From an uncultured Planctomycetaceae bacterium (GTDB lineage: Bacteria; Planctomycetota; Planctomycetia; Pirellulales; UBA1268), in the NCBI GenBank assembly GCA_963997395.1, contig CAXEMW010000003.1, positions 1 to 34,877 of the forward strand: DNA of 34,877 nucleotides, read 5' to 3'. Below are positions 26,282 to 34,877 of this stretch, one piece after another. Under the pieces are notes generated by a model, which worked only from the letters and a program-made list of their open reading frames with translations, was not told where the DNA came from and did not search any database. A program made the translations under genes and the position numbers. Numbering within the stretch: the first letter of the stretch is position 1; the number at the start of each line of letters is the position of its first letter.

Positions 26282-28492
26282 CTACTGAACTGCTGGACTG
26301 TGAAATCCTGACTGTTCACGAAAGTCATTTGTTTCAGGCTTCCTGGTCCAGTTACGGACCTTCACTTCATTTCCCTGAAGAATGCTCTGCGAGATGTAAT
26401 TATCACGGGCGTATTTTTTAATCAGTATGGCGGATCGCCCACTCAGATTTTCAAGTCTGTTGTTAAAAAAACAGTTGTTCTCTGTCGTTCGATCAGCAGC
26501 TCTTCCGCCAAGTGAAAGCCCACTTCGATTGGCTTCCATCTGCACGCCTCCTCGAATGACATTACAGGCCACAATATTCTTCTCTGTTTTCCCTCGAACA
26601 TTCTCTGTCCACATACAAATCCCATTTGCTGGATTTTTTTCACAGAGGTTTCCAAAGGCCGTGTTTGATTTCACACACTCTTCAAAAAAGATACCCGAGT
26701 GATACGAATTCCGGGAGACGGTGTTAAATAGTGCCGCACCATGAAAACAGTAGGCATCAAAATCTATCGAAAAGCCTCCTGCTCGACATCGATTGCCCAG
26801 GGCATACACACGTTTTGAAACATGCATCCAGATACCTCGATGCCCGGGATCCCGGATTGTACAACCACGAACGACAAACGGACCATAGTGCTCTTTTGAG
26901 CTTACGGCATTCACTGAATTACTTCCGAGGCCCCCATGTTCCGAATGGAGATTGACATCGACGTCATCTAAGAGAAATGCATTACTGGCACCAGCCCCAC
27001 TGATAGCCGAGAACACCTTGTTCTCCGAGATTATTCGCCCGCCAGAAAAAGAATTACAGCCTTTCCCTTTCATGTGAATCAATTCAAACGACTCTGGATT
27101 GTCTGACACGTAGTCATTCACTATTTCTCCATCGAGGATTACACACGTGCGATCAGGAAGGACAAACCCGTCCTCAGATTGATTCCTAAACGAGCCTCGC
27201 ATGCGAACGACAAGAATAGCATTTGGGTGATCCAGCCGCTCGTGCCTGAGTTGATTGTTTACTTTCTTGATTTCGAGGGACTGGCTACCAGAGTCAATCA
27301 CTATATCACAGCGTGAATACAGCTTTGAATCAGCTGAACCATCGTTCCAGACAAAAGGCTCGTCATGGAAATCAGACCTCGTGGGTGGATTAAAATATGC
27401 GACTCCAGCACTCCGTATGGCATCAGGTTCAACACCACGATTGGAATACATAATATTTTTTGATCCACCAGCAACTACCTCTTCATCGTTTCGAAATACA
27501 TTCCACCCAACCGTTGCCTGCTTTCCCTCGAAAACAATTCCAGCGGCATTCTCAGAAATCAGATTTTCATAAACCAGCGAATACTCTGATTGTTCCTTTA
27601 AATACACTCCTGTCCCATTTTGCAGCACCTGGTTCCGTGTCAGGATTCCATCAGATGAAGACATAACAATTCCTTTTCCACTGTCGCCGCAAAGCGTGTT
27701 TGCAACGACCGAAGAGGGAGAATCAATGACAAGAGCAGCTTTGGCAACCGAAGTGATCCTGCTGTCGAGGACAATGCACGCTGGCGATTGTTGAACGCGT
27801 ACGCCGTCTCCCTGACAGTCACAGACAACAGAACGAGTCAGCGAGACTGCCTGGTCGTATTGTTCAGCACCACGACCCACTATCGAGATGCCGGCACCTC
27901 TGCACCCGGCAACTGAAATACGATCCAAGTTAATCCGACCGCTATCGTTGACATGGATACCGATATCAACGCCACCATTCCCACAGAACATATTTTTTTG
28001 CTCCGAGCCTCCCGCTTGTCTCGGGTCGTAGCTTCCGGTGATGCTGACATACTCTCTATCAAAGATACGAAGTAATGAATCTGCCGTACAGTCAGCAGAC
28101 GCAACAACCTGTCCGTCTTTCTCAAGAACCATACAGGTTCTGTCATGTACAGAAAGCGGCACAGACGAAACACTAATCGCGCCCGTCACGTGCACAATGA
28201 ATACTGCAGCAGGATTCTCCTCTAGGCTTTTATCAAGAATATGTTGCGCTTGAGCAACGGTCATCGCCTTGAGCTCGATCCTGACTACCTGCTCAGTTGG
28301 ATCGATAACAAAAGGAAAAACAGGAGAAGAATAAAAATCAGGAAAAAGACCCGTCGGACTTTCCTTCAGAAGATTTTCAAGACTTGCCTTTGGCGAAAGC
28401 CACAAAGGACACACGTCTTCAGCGACCACTCCACCAAGACACCCAACGGCCCCCAGCACCACTAGTATGAAAAGGAGTCCGTTGCGATTCAT
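26282..28492 (-). CDS. Secreted right-handed parallel beta-helix protein with two tandem beta-helix modules (possible polysaccharide lyase/hydrolase)
   Basis: Start at ATG 28492 avoids overlap with the upstream gene; signal peptide; repeated GI/GV..N turns (GIHV, GISI, DGVRV, GVYL, RGIWM, SGIFFEE, NGICMW); internal repeat DRTC. Confidence 0.75.
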   Translation of the reverse strand: MNRNGLLFILVVLGAVGCLGGVVAEDVCPLWLSPKASLENLLKESPTGLFPDFYSSPVFPFVIDPTEQVVRIELKAMTVAQAQHILDKSLEENPAAVFIVHVTGAISVSSVPLSVHDRTCMVLEKDGQVVASADCTADSLLRIFDREYVSITGSYDPRQAGGSEQKNMFCGNGGVDIGIHVNDSGRINLDRISVAGCRGAGISIVGRGAEQYDQAVSLTRSVVCDCQGDGVRVQQSPACIVLDSRITSVAKAALVIDSPSSVVANTLCGDSGKGIVMSSSDGILTRNQVLQNGTGVYLKEQSEYSLVYENLISENAAGIVFEGKQATVGWNVFRNDEEVVAGGSKNIMYSNRGVEPDAIRSAGVAYFNPPTRSDFHDEPFVWNDGSADSKLYSRCDIVIDSGSQSLEIKKVNNQLRHERLDHPNAILVVRMRGSFRNQSEDGFVLPDRTCVILDGEIVNDYVSDNPESFELIHMKGKGCNSFSGGRIISENKVFSAISGAGASNAFLLDDVDVNLHSEHGGLGSNSVNAVSSKEHYGPFVVRGCTIRDPGHRGIWMHVSKRVYALGNRCRAGGFSIDFDAYCFHGAALFNTVSRNSYHSGIFFEECVKSNTAFGNLCEKNPANGICMWTENVRGKTEKNIVACNVIRGGVQMEANRSGLSLGGRAADRTTENNCFFNNRLENLSGRSAILIKKYARDNYISQSILQGNEVKVRNWTRKPETNDFREQSGFHSPAVQ

Positions 28493-28502
28493 GTTGGCCT
28501 TG

Positions 28503-29069
28503 TCATTCAACAGCTTTGAGAAACATCTCGACAGAATCCGGGTCAGCTTTTGCATTCACTCGATCATCTCGATGAACGACCTTACCATTCCGATCGATAA
28601 TAAATGTCCAACGTTTTGCCGTTGCGGTACGCGTAAGATCAACATCAACACCATCTATTGATTTTGTCACAGTCTTTTCACCCTTAGAAACAGGCACTCC
28701 GAAAAGTTCCGCGATTTTTCCATCAGTATCCGCAAGGAGGGTAAAGTTTAGTTGGTGTGCTTTCTTGAACACCTGGTGATTCTTGGCAGTATCACCGCTC
28801 ACCCCAATGACTTCTGCATTAAGCCTTGCAAAAGACTCCTTTCTGTCTCGGTATCCGCACGCCTGGGCTGTGCACCCGCCTGTCATATCTGCTGGATAGA
28901 AATACAAGACAACCATCTTCTTGCCGATATGGTCTGTTGACTTCCAGACATTGCCCTCGTCATCAATTGCTTCAAACGCAGGAACAGGCTCATTCAATCC
29001 AATGGCAAAAACCTCGAAGCCACACAGCAGCCAGCTCACGAGACTAACGATACAAATAATATTTTTCAT
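28503..29069 (-). CDS. bcp: Peroxiredoxin, BCP/PrxQ type, with signal peptide
   Basis: AAGGAG SD before ATG 29069; LYFYPADMTGGCTAQAC (PxxxTxxC plus resolving Cys), VIGVSGD, LNFTLLAD, RWTFIIDRNG. Confidence 0.88.
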   Translation of the reverse strand: MKNIICIVSLVSWLLCGFEVFAIGLNEPVPAFEAIDDEGNVWKSTDHIGKKMVVLYFYPADMTGGCTAQACGYRDRKESFARLNAEVIGVSGDTAKNHQVFKKAHQLNFTLLADTDGKIAELFGVPVSKGEKTVTKSIDGVDVDLTRTATAKRWTFIIDRNGKVVHRDDRVNAKADPDSVEMFLKAVE

Positions 29070-29088
29070 CAATCCAACTCCTTGATCT

Positions 29089-30672
29089 TTAGCTTCCTCT
29101 GTTCGCAGCCTGAATTTGGTCAATAACCTTTTTCAGATTAAAAGCACCAGGTTTTTGACTCGGCGGATAGTCAACAAACGTTTGCAAGAACTGGGCGACA
29201 TACTGCTGCATTGGAACGAGGACAAAAACTCGATCAATAGACCAGTCATCGTATGTGTTACTGTTATGTTGCGCCTTCTCAAATGGGTCGCGACGGAGAT
29301 TGAATAGCAGTGGCAATCTCAACTCAACAAATGGCTCTCGCCAAACGCCAAACGCCTGCCCTCTGTTTTCTAAAAACACGCCCTTCCACTGCCCAAGCCT
29401 CACGGCCACAACCTGCCCCTCGTCGTTGACATACATAAACTCTTTCCGAGGTGATTCCGATACATGACCGAAGAGATACTCAAGCTGATTATGGCCATCG
29501 ATATAGTTGCGATACGTACGACCATTCAGCTCCACTCCTTTCTTCAATTTCTCTTTGACATCAGCGTCACCGGCAGCGGCTGCGAATGTCGGCAGCCAAT
29601 CTTCGTGGGCCACAACACCATTGAGCGTCACACCAGCAGGAAAATGCTTGGGCCATCGCACAAAAGCAGGCACTCGATAAGCTCCTTCCCAGTTACTGTT
29701 TTTTTCACTGCGGAAAGGTGTTGTCGCACCATCAGGCCATGTGTTGAAGTGCGGGCCGTTGTCCGTTGAATAAAGAACAATAGTATTTTCGGCAAGGCCA
29801 AGTGCATCAAGATGATCGAGGAGTTCGCCGACATGCATGTCGTGCTCAACCATGCCATCGTGATACGTATTACCTGTTGGCCCAGACAGACCTTCATGTT
29901 CTTTCTTTAGGCGTGTTCGAAAATGCATCCGAGTGGCATTCCACCAACAAAAAAATGGTTTCCCATCCTTTGCCTGCCTTTGCACAAAACTCTTGGCTGC
30001 TGATACGGTTTCGTCATCAATTGTTTCCATCCGCTTTCTTGTCAGCGGCCCGGTGTTTTCAATGGTCTGTGTGCCGTCGGAATTTGCACGACACTTAAGC
30101 ACACCTCGCGGCCCATATTGCTGCTGAAAGGTCTTGCCGCTCGGCAGTACAAGACCGTTCGGGTAATCTCTGTTTTCTGGTTCTTCTTCTGCATTCAGGT
30201 GATAAAGGTTTCCAAAGAACTCATCAAAGCCATTATTCGTTGGAAGATGTTCGTCTCTGTCTCCAAAATGATTTTTCCCAAACTGCCCTGTTGCATACCC
30301 CTGTGCTTTCAATACTGTGGCAATTGTCACATCAGTCGTCTGCCATCCTTCTTTGGCTCCGGGCAGACCAACCTTCGTCATCCCTGTGCGTAAAGGTACG
30401 TTCCCACCAATAAATGCCGCCCGGCCGGCTGTGCAACTCTGCTGCCCGTAGTAGTCCGTAAATGAAATTCCCTCGTTAGCAATGCGGTCAATATTCGGAG
30501 TTTCATAGCCCATCATTCCACAGTTGTTGTGGCTGATATTCCAGAGACCAATGTCGTCACCCCAAATAACAAGAATATTCGGCTGCTCATTTGCGCAAGT
30601 CTTACTTGCATGTAGAAAGACAACCCCAACGATTGTCATAGAAATAAAAAACAAAGACCGAACTGGATGCAT
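29089..30672 (-). CDS. Arylsulfatase (Cys-type)
   Basis: PNILVIWGDDIG, SCTAGRAAF, GKNHFGD, FFGNLYHLNAEEEPE, YSTDNGP, TPFRSEKNSNWEG; start at ATG 30672 preferred. Confidence 0.93.
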   Translation of the reverse strand: MHPVRSLFFISMTIVGVVFLHASKTCANEQPNILVIWGDDIGLWNISHNNCGMMGYETPNIDRIANEGISFTDYYGQQSCTAGRAAFIGGNVPLRTGMTKVGLPGAKEGWQTTDVTIATVLKAQGYATGQFGKNHFGDRDEHLPTNNGFDEFFGNLYHLNAEEEPENRDYPNGLVLPSGKTFQQQYGPRGVLKCRANSDGTQTIENTGPLTRKRMETIDDETVSAAKSFVQRQAKDGKPFFCWWNATRMHFRTRLKKEHEGLSGPTGNTYHDGMVEHDMHVGELLDHLDALGLAENTIVLYSTDNGPHFNTWPDGATTPFRSEKNSNWEGAYRVPAFVRWPKHFPAGVTLNGVVAHEDWLPTFAAAAGDADVKEKLKKGVELNGRTYRNYIDGHNQLEYLFGHVSESPRKEFMYVNDEGQVVAVRLGQWKGVFLENRGQAFGVWREPFVELRLPLLFNLRRDPFEKAQHNSNTYDDWSIDRVFVLVPMQQYVAQFLQTFVDYPPSQKPGAFNLKKVIDQIQAANRGS

Positions 30673-31104
30673 AGTTTTCCATTTTCCTTTTTGTTGCCAA
30701 GCCAACGAAGCACTCTTACAAATTTACCTACTGAGTGTAACGTTTTCTATCTTTCCGTAAGGTCTTCAAGGCTGATTTGTTATCGCCGCTTTGGCCACCT
30801 AGAGAGCCACCCTCTTTGAGGACAACGAGCTCCTGCAACGCAAGAAACATGGACATCCCCAAGCCGTGGCAGATGTAAGCCGAAACAGATGACCTGATAA
30901 GCCTCGGGAACCGTATGAGAAAACTACCTGCCACGAGGGCATTACTATGCGGATTGCACCTATTTTACAGCGAAAAATGAATGGAATATGACGAATTTCG
31001 AGAACATATTAAGATTTAGGAGGGTGATACATAGATGTAGTAAGTAGGCAGGGGATATGCACCAAATTCGCCCTGTGTCCAGTACAGCGTTCCTGAAGAG
31101 AAAA

Positions 31105-33882
31105 ATGATGCAGCGTTACCTCCACACCAGTGCTCTGCTTGTTGCGATAGCGCCGTGCCTTTTTTCGTCACTGACGGGTGCGGCAGAAGAAACTCACGTC
31201 CCGCGTATTGACGATCGCTTTCATGCTGATTCGGATAACGCAGCAGAATCTCCCGACTTTCGGCGACATGTTGTTCCACTCATGGGTCGACTTGGTTGCA
31301 ACGGCAGAGCATGTCATGGTTCCTTTCAGGGCCAAGGTGATTTCCGGCTTTCACTCTTTGGCTATGACTTCAAGGCAGACCACGAGAACCTGCTTCAAGG
31401 TGAAGACCCACGCGTCAATATCGACAATTTGGAAGCCAGCCTCTTTCTCCAAAAACCTCTTGAGCAGGTCGACCACGGAGGTGGCCAGATACTTGATCCT
31501 GACAGTTGGCAACTCGCTGTTCTCAAGCAGTGGATCGAACACGGCGCTCAGGGAGTCAGCGATGATGACGCAGTCTTTGTTCGCCTTGACGTTTCACCTG
31601 AAGAAATAGTTGCACAACAAAAAGGGCAGACGTGGCAACTCAAGGCAACAGCAGTGTGGTCAGACGGAACGCATGAAGACGTCACACCTCTGTGCAGATT
31701 CCGTACAAACAATGACCAGATTGCTGACATTGATGAACACGGGTTGGTTACAGCAAAAGGCCCCGGTGACAGTCATGTCGTTGCGTTTTATGACAATGGC
31801 GTGGTGCCAGTACCGGTTATTTTTCCCGTCTCTGACAAGACTGGTTCTGAGTATCCGGAGCTGAAGACACCAACTCCAATCGATGAACTTGTCGCAATGA
31901 AATTGCGGAAGCTTGGTGAAGTCCCATCGGAAGTGTGCAGCGATGGTGAATTTCTACGTCGAGCATCACTCGATATCACGGGAACACTTCCACCAGTTGC
32001 AGAAACAGAAGCATTTCTCCGTGACACGTCACCGAATAAACGGGATGCAAAAATTGAAGAGTTGCTCGAGCGACCAGGGTATGCCGCATGGTGGGCGACC
32101 AAACTCTGCGACTGGACAATGAATAACAATCGAAACGTAAGTAACAACAGCCCAGAAGGAAGGCAGGGTGCATCAAACTTTTGGTACGAATGGATGCACA
32201 ATAAAGTTGCTCAAAACCTTCCGTACGACGAGATTGTCGAAGGCATTGTACTTGCTAAGAGCCGACTCGACGGCGAATCGTATACTGAATTTTGTGAGCG
32301 GATGAGCAGCTACCTTGCCAACGAAGATGGACAATCTTTTGGTGACCAACCTTACCTCCCTTACTTCTGGAGCCGGCAGGATTTCAAAAAGCCTGAAGAA
32401 CGTGCACTCGGTTTTGCGTACACCTTTTTGGGTGTTCGAATTCAATGTGCTCAATGTCACAAGCATCCATTTGACCAATGGACAAAGGATGACTTTGACC
32501 GCTTTAAAAATTTCTTCAACCGAGTCACAGAATATCGTAACGGAAATCGCTTCCCGGATGAGAGGAGCACGTATAAGCAGATGCTCGTTTCATTGGACAT
32601 TGACACGACTGACAAAGACCTGAAGGGCAACAAGCTTTATCGCCTTCTGCGAACCAAAGCGATCAGGGGAAAGACCGTGCCTTTTACAGAAATAGCCCCA
32701 ACCAAACCCAAAGCAGCTCTCACCGAGGAAAAGCTGGCTGGGATTATGGAACAGATTAATTCCAGTGACATTAAGCAAAAGAAAAAAGAACAGCTTGAAC
32801 GGTTCCTCGAGGGCCGCACTGCAACAGTCCTTGGCGGCAAGGAAATGAAACTGGAGCAAATTGAAGATCCTCGTGAAATCCTGTTGGCTTGGATGCTTGA
32901 TGAATCAAACCCGTACTTCACCCAAGCGATTGTAAACAGAGTATGGTCATCGTATTTCAATGTCGGTATCGTTGAACCACCAGACGACCTGAGTCTGGCA
33001 AATCCTCCAAGCAATCCTGAGTTGCTTGAATATCTTGCTGAAGGATTTCGAGAGCACAATTTTGACATGAAGTGGCTCCATCGTGAAATCTGCAAGAGCG
33101 ACACGTATCAGCGTGGCTGGCAGCCCAATGAGACAAATCTTCACGATGACAGAAACTTCGGCAGGGCTGTTGCCAGAAGAATGCCAGCTGAAGTCATCTA
33201 TGATGCCGTTCGAATAGCGACTGCCGGTGATCGTGAAGCGATGGAGATGTGTTCACTTGTTGAAAAGCGAGCAATAGCCGACACAACGGTAGGATCGTAC
33301 AACAACGACTACGCGCTCGAGATCTTCGGCCAATCGACCCGTGAAAGTAACTGTGATTGCGATCGCTCCATGGAGCCAAGCCTGCTCCAAACGGTCTTTC
33401 TTCAAAACGACAAGGAAATGCTCGACTCAATCAGTCGTCGTGGCAGTTGGCTTGATGAACTCACAAAAACAATTCCTGACTTTAGAGATCCAACTGCTGA
33501 GAAACTTCATCTCGAGCGAAAGCAGAAACTTGCAAATGAAGTGGCTCAACTCAAAAAACGGCTCGGATACGCAATGAAAAAAGACACAAAAGGAACCGTC
33601 AAATCGCTGCAGAAATCCATTGCAGCAAAAGAAGCTGCAATGAAGACCCCGAAGACAGGACCTATTTTTGACGGATCCGTATCGGAATGGGTCGTAGAAA
33701 ATAAAGACCTTGTACACGAAATCATTGAGAGTGCGTACTTACGGACACTTGTGCGCGAGCCAACCACTCGTGAGATCGACCGTTCGATTACGTACCTCAA
33801 GGAGTCACCAACTGCAAAGGCTGGGATTCACGATATTCTTTGGGCTTTACTCAACACAAAAGAATTTGCACTGAATCATTAG
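31105..33882 (+). CDS. DUF1549/DUF1553 protein with Ig-like (Big_2) domain and Cys/His heme-type motifs
   Basis: GCNGRACHG..FRLSLFGYD, Ig-like segment (LDVSP..LKATAVWSDG..DVT..IADIDEHGLVTA), EFLRRASLDITGTLP, CAQCHKHPFDQW, NRVWSSYF, PPSNPELL, CDCDRS, DILWALLNTKEF. Alternative start at 31057. Confidence 0.92.
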   Translation: MMQRYLHTSALLVAIAPCLFSSLTGAAEETHVPRIDDRFHADSDNAAESPDFRRHVVPLMGRLGCNGRACHGSFQGQGDFRLSLFGYDFKADHENLLQGEDPRVNIDNLEASLFLQKPLEQVDHGGGQILDPDSWQLAVLKQWIEHGAQGVSDDDAVFVRLDVSPEEIVAQQKGQTWQLKATAVWSDGTHEDVTPLCRFRTNNDQIADIDEHGLVTAKGPGDSHVVAFYDNGVVPVPVIFPVSDKTGSEYPELKTPTPIDELVAMKLRKLGEVPSEVCSDGEFLRRASLDITGTLPPVAETEAFLRDTSPNKRDAKIEELLERPGYAAWWATKLCDWTMNNNRNVSNNSPEGRQGASNFWYEWMHNKVAQNLPYDEIVEGIVLAKSRLDGESYTEFCERMSSYLANEDGQSFGDQPYLPYFWSRQDFKKPEERALGFAYTFLGVRIQCAQCHKHPFDQWTKDDFDRFKNFFNRVTEYRNGNRFPDERSTYKQMLVSLDIDTTDKDLKGNKLYRLLRTKAIRGKTVPFTEIAPTKPKAALTEEKLAGIMEQINSSDIKQKKKEQLERFLEGRTATVLGGKEMKLEQIEDPREILLAWMLDESNPYFTQAIVNRVWSSYFNVGIVEPPDDLSLANPPSNPELLEYLAEGFREHNFDMKWLHREICKSDTYQRGWQPNETNLHDDRNFGRAVARRMPAEVIYDAVRIATAGDREAMEMCSLVEKRAIADTTVGSYNNDYALEIFGQSTRESNCDCDRSMEPSLLQTVFLQNDKEMLDSISRRGSWLDELTKTIPDFRDPTAEKLHLERKQKLANEVAQLKKRLGYAMKKDTKGTVKSLQKSIAAKEAAMKTPKTGPIFDGSVSEWVVENKDLVHEIIESAYLRTLVREPTTREIDRSITYLKESPTAKAGIHDILWALLNTKEFALNH

Positions 33883-33941
33883 GCCTGGTGTCTTTGCCAC
33901 AACGAACAAAACTTAACTTTTAAATGGACCGGAGAAATTCA

Positions 33942-34877
33942 ATGACTCTTCATCGAACATGTGATGGTGTCGTTCGTAGAGACTTCTTGAAATTGGGTGC
34001 ACTTGGCGCTGGTGGCCTATCACTCTCGAATTATCTGCGATGGACTCATGCAGCATCTCCTCGACCGAAGGGTGCGAAGGCAGCCATCTTTGTCAATCTT
34101 CCTGGTGGCCCATCGCACATGGACACATTTGACCCAAAGCCAGATGCGCCATCTGAATACCGCGGTGAGTTTAACGCCATCAAAACATCTGTTCCGGGCA
34201 TCCAGATAAGTGAACATTTACCCAAGTTAGCGAAGTGCATGGACAAGTATGTCATCCTGCGAGGCATTACTCATTCGCTCGCTGCTCATAAGCTTGGTCA
34301 GGAATACGTCAATACCGGCAATCGACCAATTCCCTCACTTGAGTTCCCAGGCTACGGTGCCGTTGTCAGCCGTGAACTTGGGGGCCCGATAGAGCTACCG
34401 CACAACGTGGCGATCCCGAAAAACAACCAAGGCGGCACAGGCTACCTCGGCGTCAAGTATGCGGCTCTCGCTACGGGAAAAACACCGACACCTGGCATTC
34501 CATTTAGTGTCCGTGGCATGACACTCGATGGCAGCCTTACCGTGAGTGATGTTGAACGACGTCAAATGCTCCTTGAGGAACTCGACCAGCGTTTCCACGC
34601 CATTGAGGACAAGAATCAACTTGTAGCAGGTCTCGACAGGTTCACCGAGCAGGCGCACAAAATAATTACCTCACCCAAAGCAAAAGAAGCGTTTGATACA
34701 AGCCGTGAAAACTCAAGCTTTGCGGCTCCCTTTGGTGAAACAAAGTTTGGGCAAAGTTGCCTGCTTGCAACACGACTTGTTGAGCATGGCGTCCCCTTTG
34801 TCACCATTTCATACGGTGGCTGGGACACCCACCGTGATAACTGGAACGCTCTTAAAAACAAACAGCTACCACCACTT
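33942..34877 (+). CDS. DUF1501 domain protein (Tat-exported), truncated at the right edge
   Basis: Missing from the ORF track. Manual translation from ATG 33942 (GGAG SD): MTLHRTCDGVVRRDFLKLG...LPGGPSHMDTFDPKPDAPSEYRGEF...ISEHLPKLA...FGQSCLLATRLVEHGV...GGWDTH. Confidence 0.92.
   Translation, partial: MTLHRTCDGVVRRDFLKLGALGAGGLSLSNYLRWTHAASPRPKGAKAAIFVNLPGGPSHMDTFDPKPDAPSEYRGEFNAIKTSVPGIQISEHLPKLAKCMDKYVILRGITHSLAAHKLGQEYVNTGNRPIPSLEFPGYGAVVSRELGGPIELPHNVAIPKNNQGGTGYLGVKYAALATGKTPTPGIPFSVRGMTLDGSLTVSDVERRQMLLEELDQRFHAIEDKNQLVAGLDRFTEQAHKIITSPKAKEAFDTSRENSSFAAPFGETKFGQSCLLATRLVEHGVPFVTISYGGWDTHRDNWNALKNKQLPPL

Noticed and set aside
1-34877. CRISPR array, tRNA/rRNA, IS element or prophage
   Set aside because: No regularly spaced repeats, RNA-gene signatures, or transposase, integrase or phage motifs were seen.

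Overview
Gene-dense window of roughly 50% GC that reads as a Planctomycetota (Pirellulales-like, probably marine) locus for sulfated-polysaccharide utilisation. The taxonomy is inferred from the DUF1559, DUF1549/DUF1553 and DUF1501 content. The catabolic genes are seven Cys-type formylglycine sulfatases (one truncated at the left edge, one fused to a GH50 beta-agarase-like domain, one with an EF-hand tail), a GH144/glycoamylase-like hydrolase, a beta-lactamase-fold serine hydrolase, an EF-hand esterase and a double beta-helix protein. The window also holds a secreted BCP-type peroxiredoxin, a PQQ-like beta-propeller and two DUF1549/1553 cytochrome + DUF1501 pairs. The most striking structure is a tandemly duplicated cassette at about 7085-10855: palindromic operator, sigma70-like promoter, conserved 5' leader motif, DUF1559 type-IV-pilin-like gene (H-X10-DG variant), hairpin, a small all-alpha lipoprotein of an unrecognised family, and a terminator. 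Two degraded elements are visible: an in-frame sulfatase C-terminal remnant behind a TGA at 21059-21061 and a gene frameshifted at an A8 tract at 24317-24740. I saw no rRNA, tRNA, CRISPR array or mobile element. All family calls come from motif recognition by eye, not from database searches.
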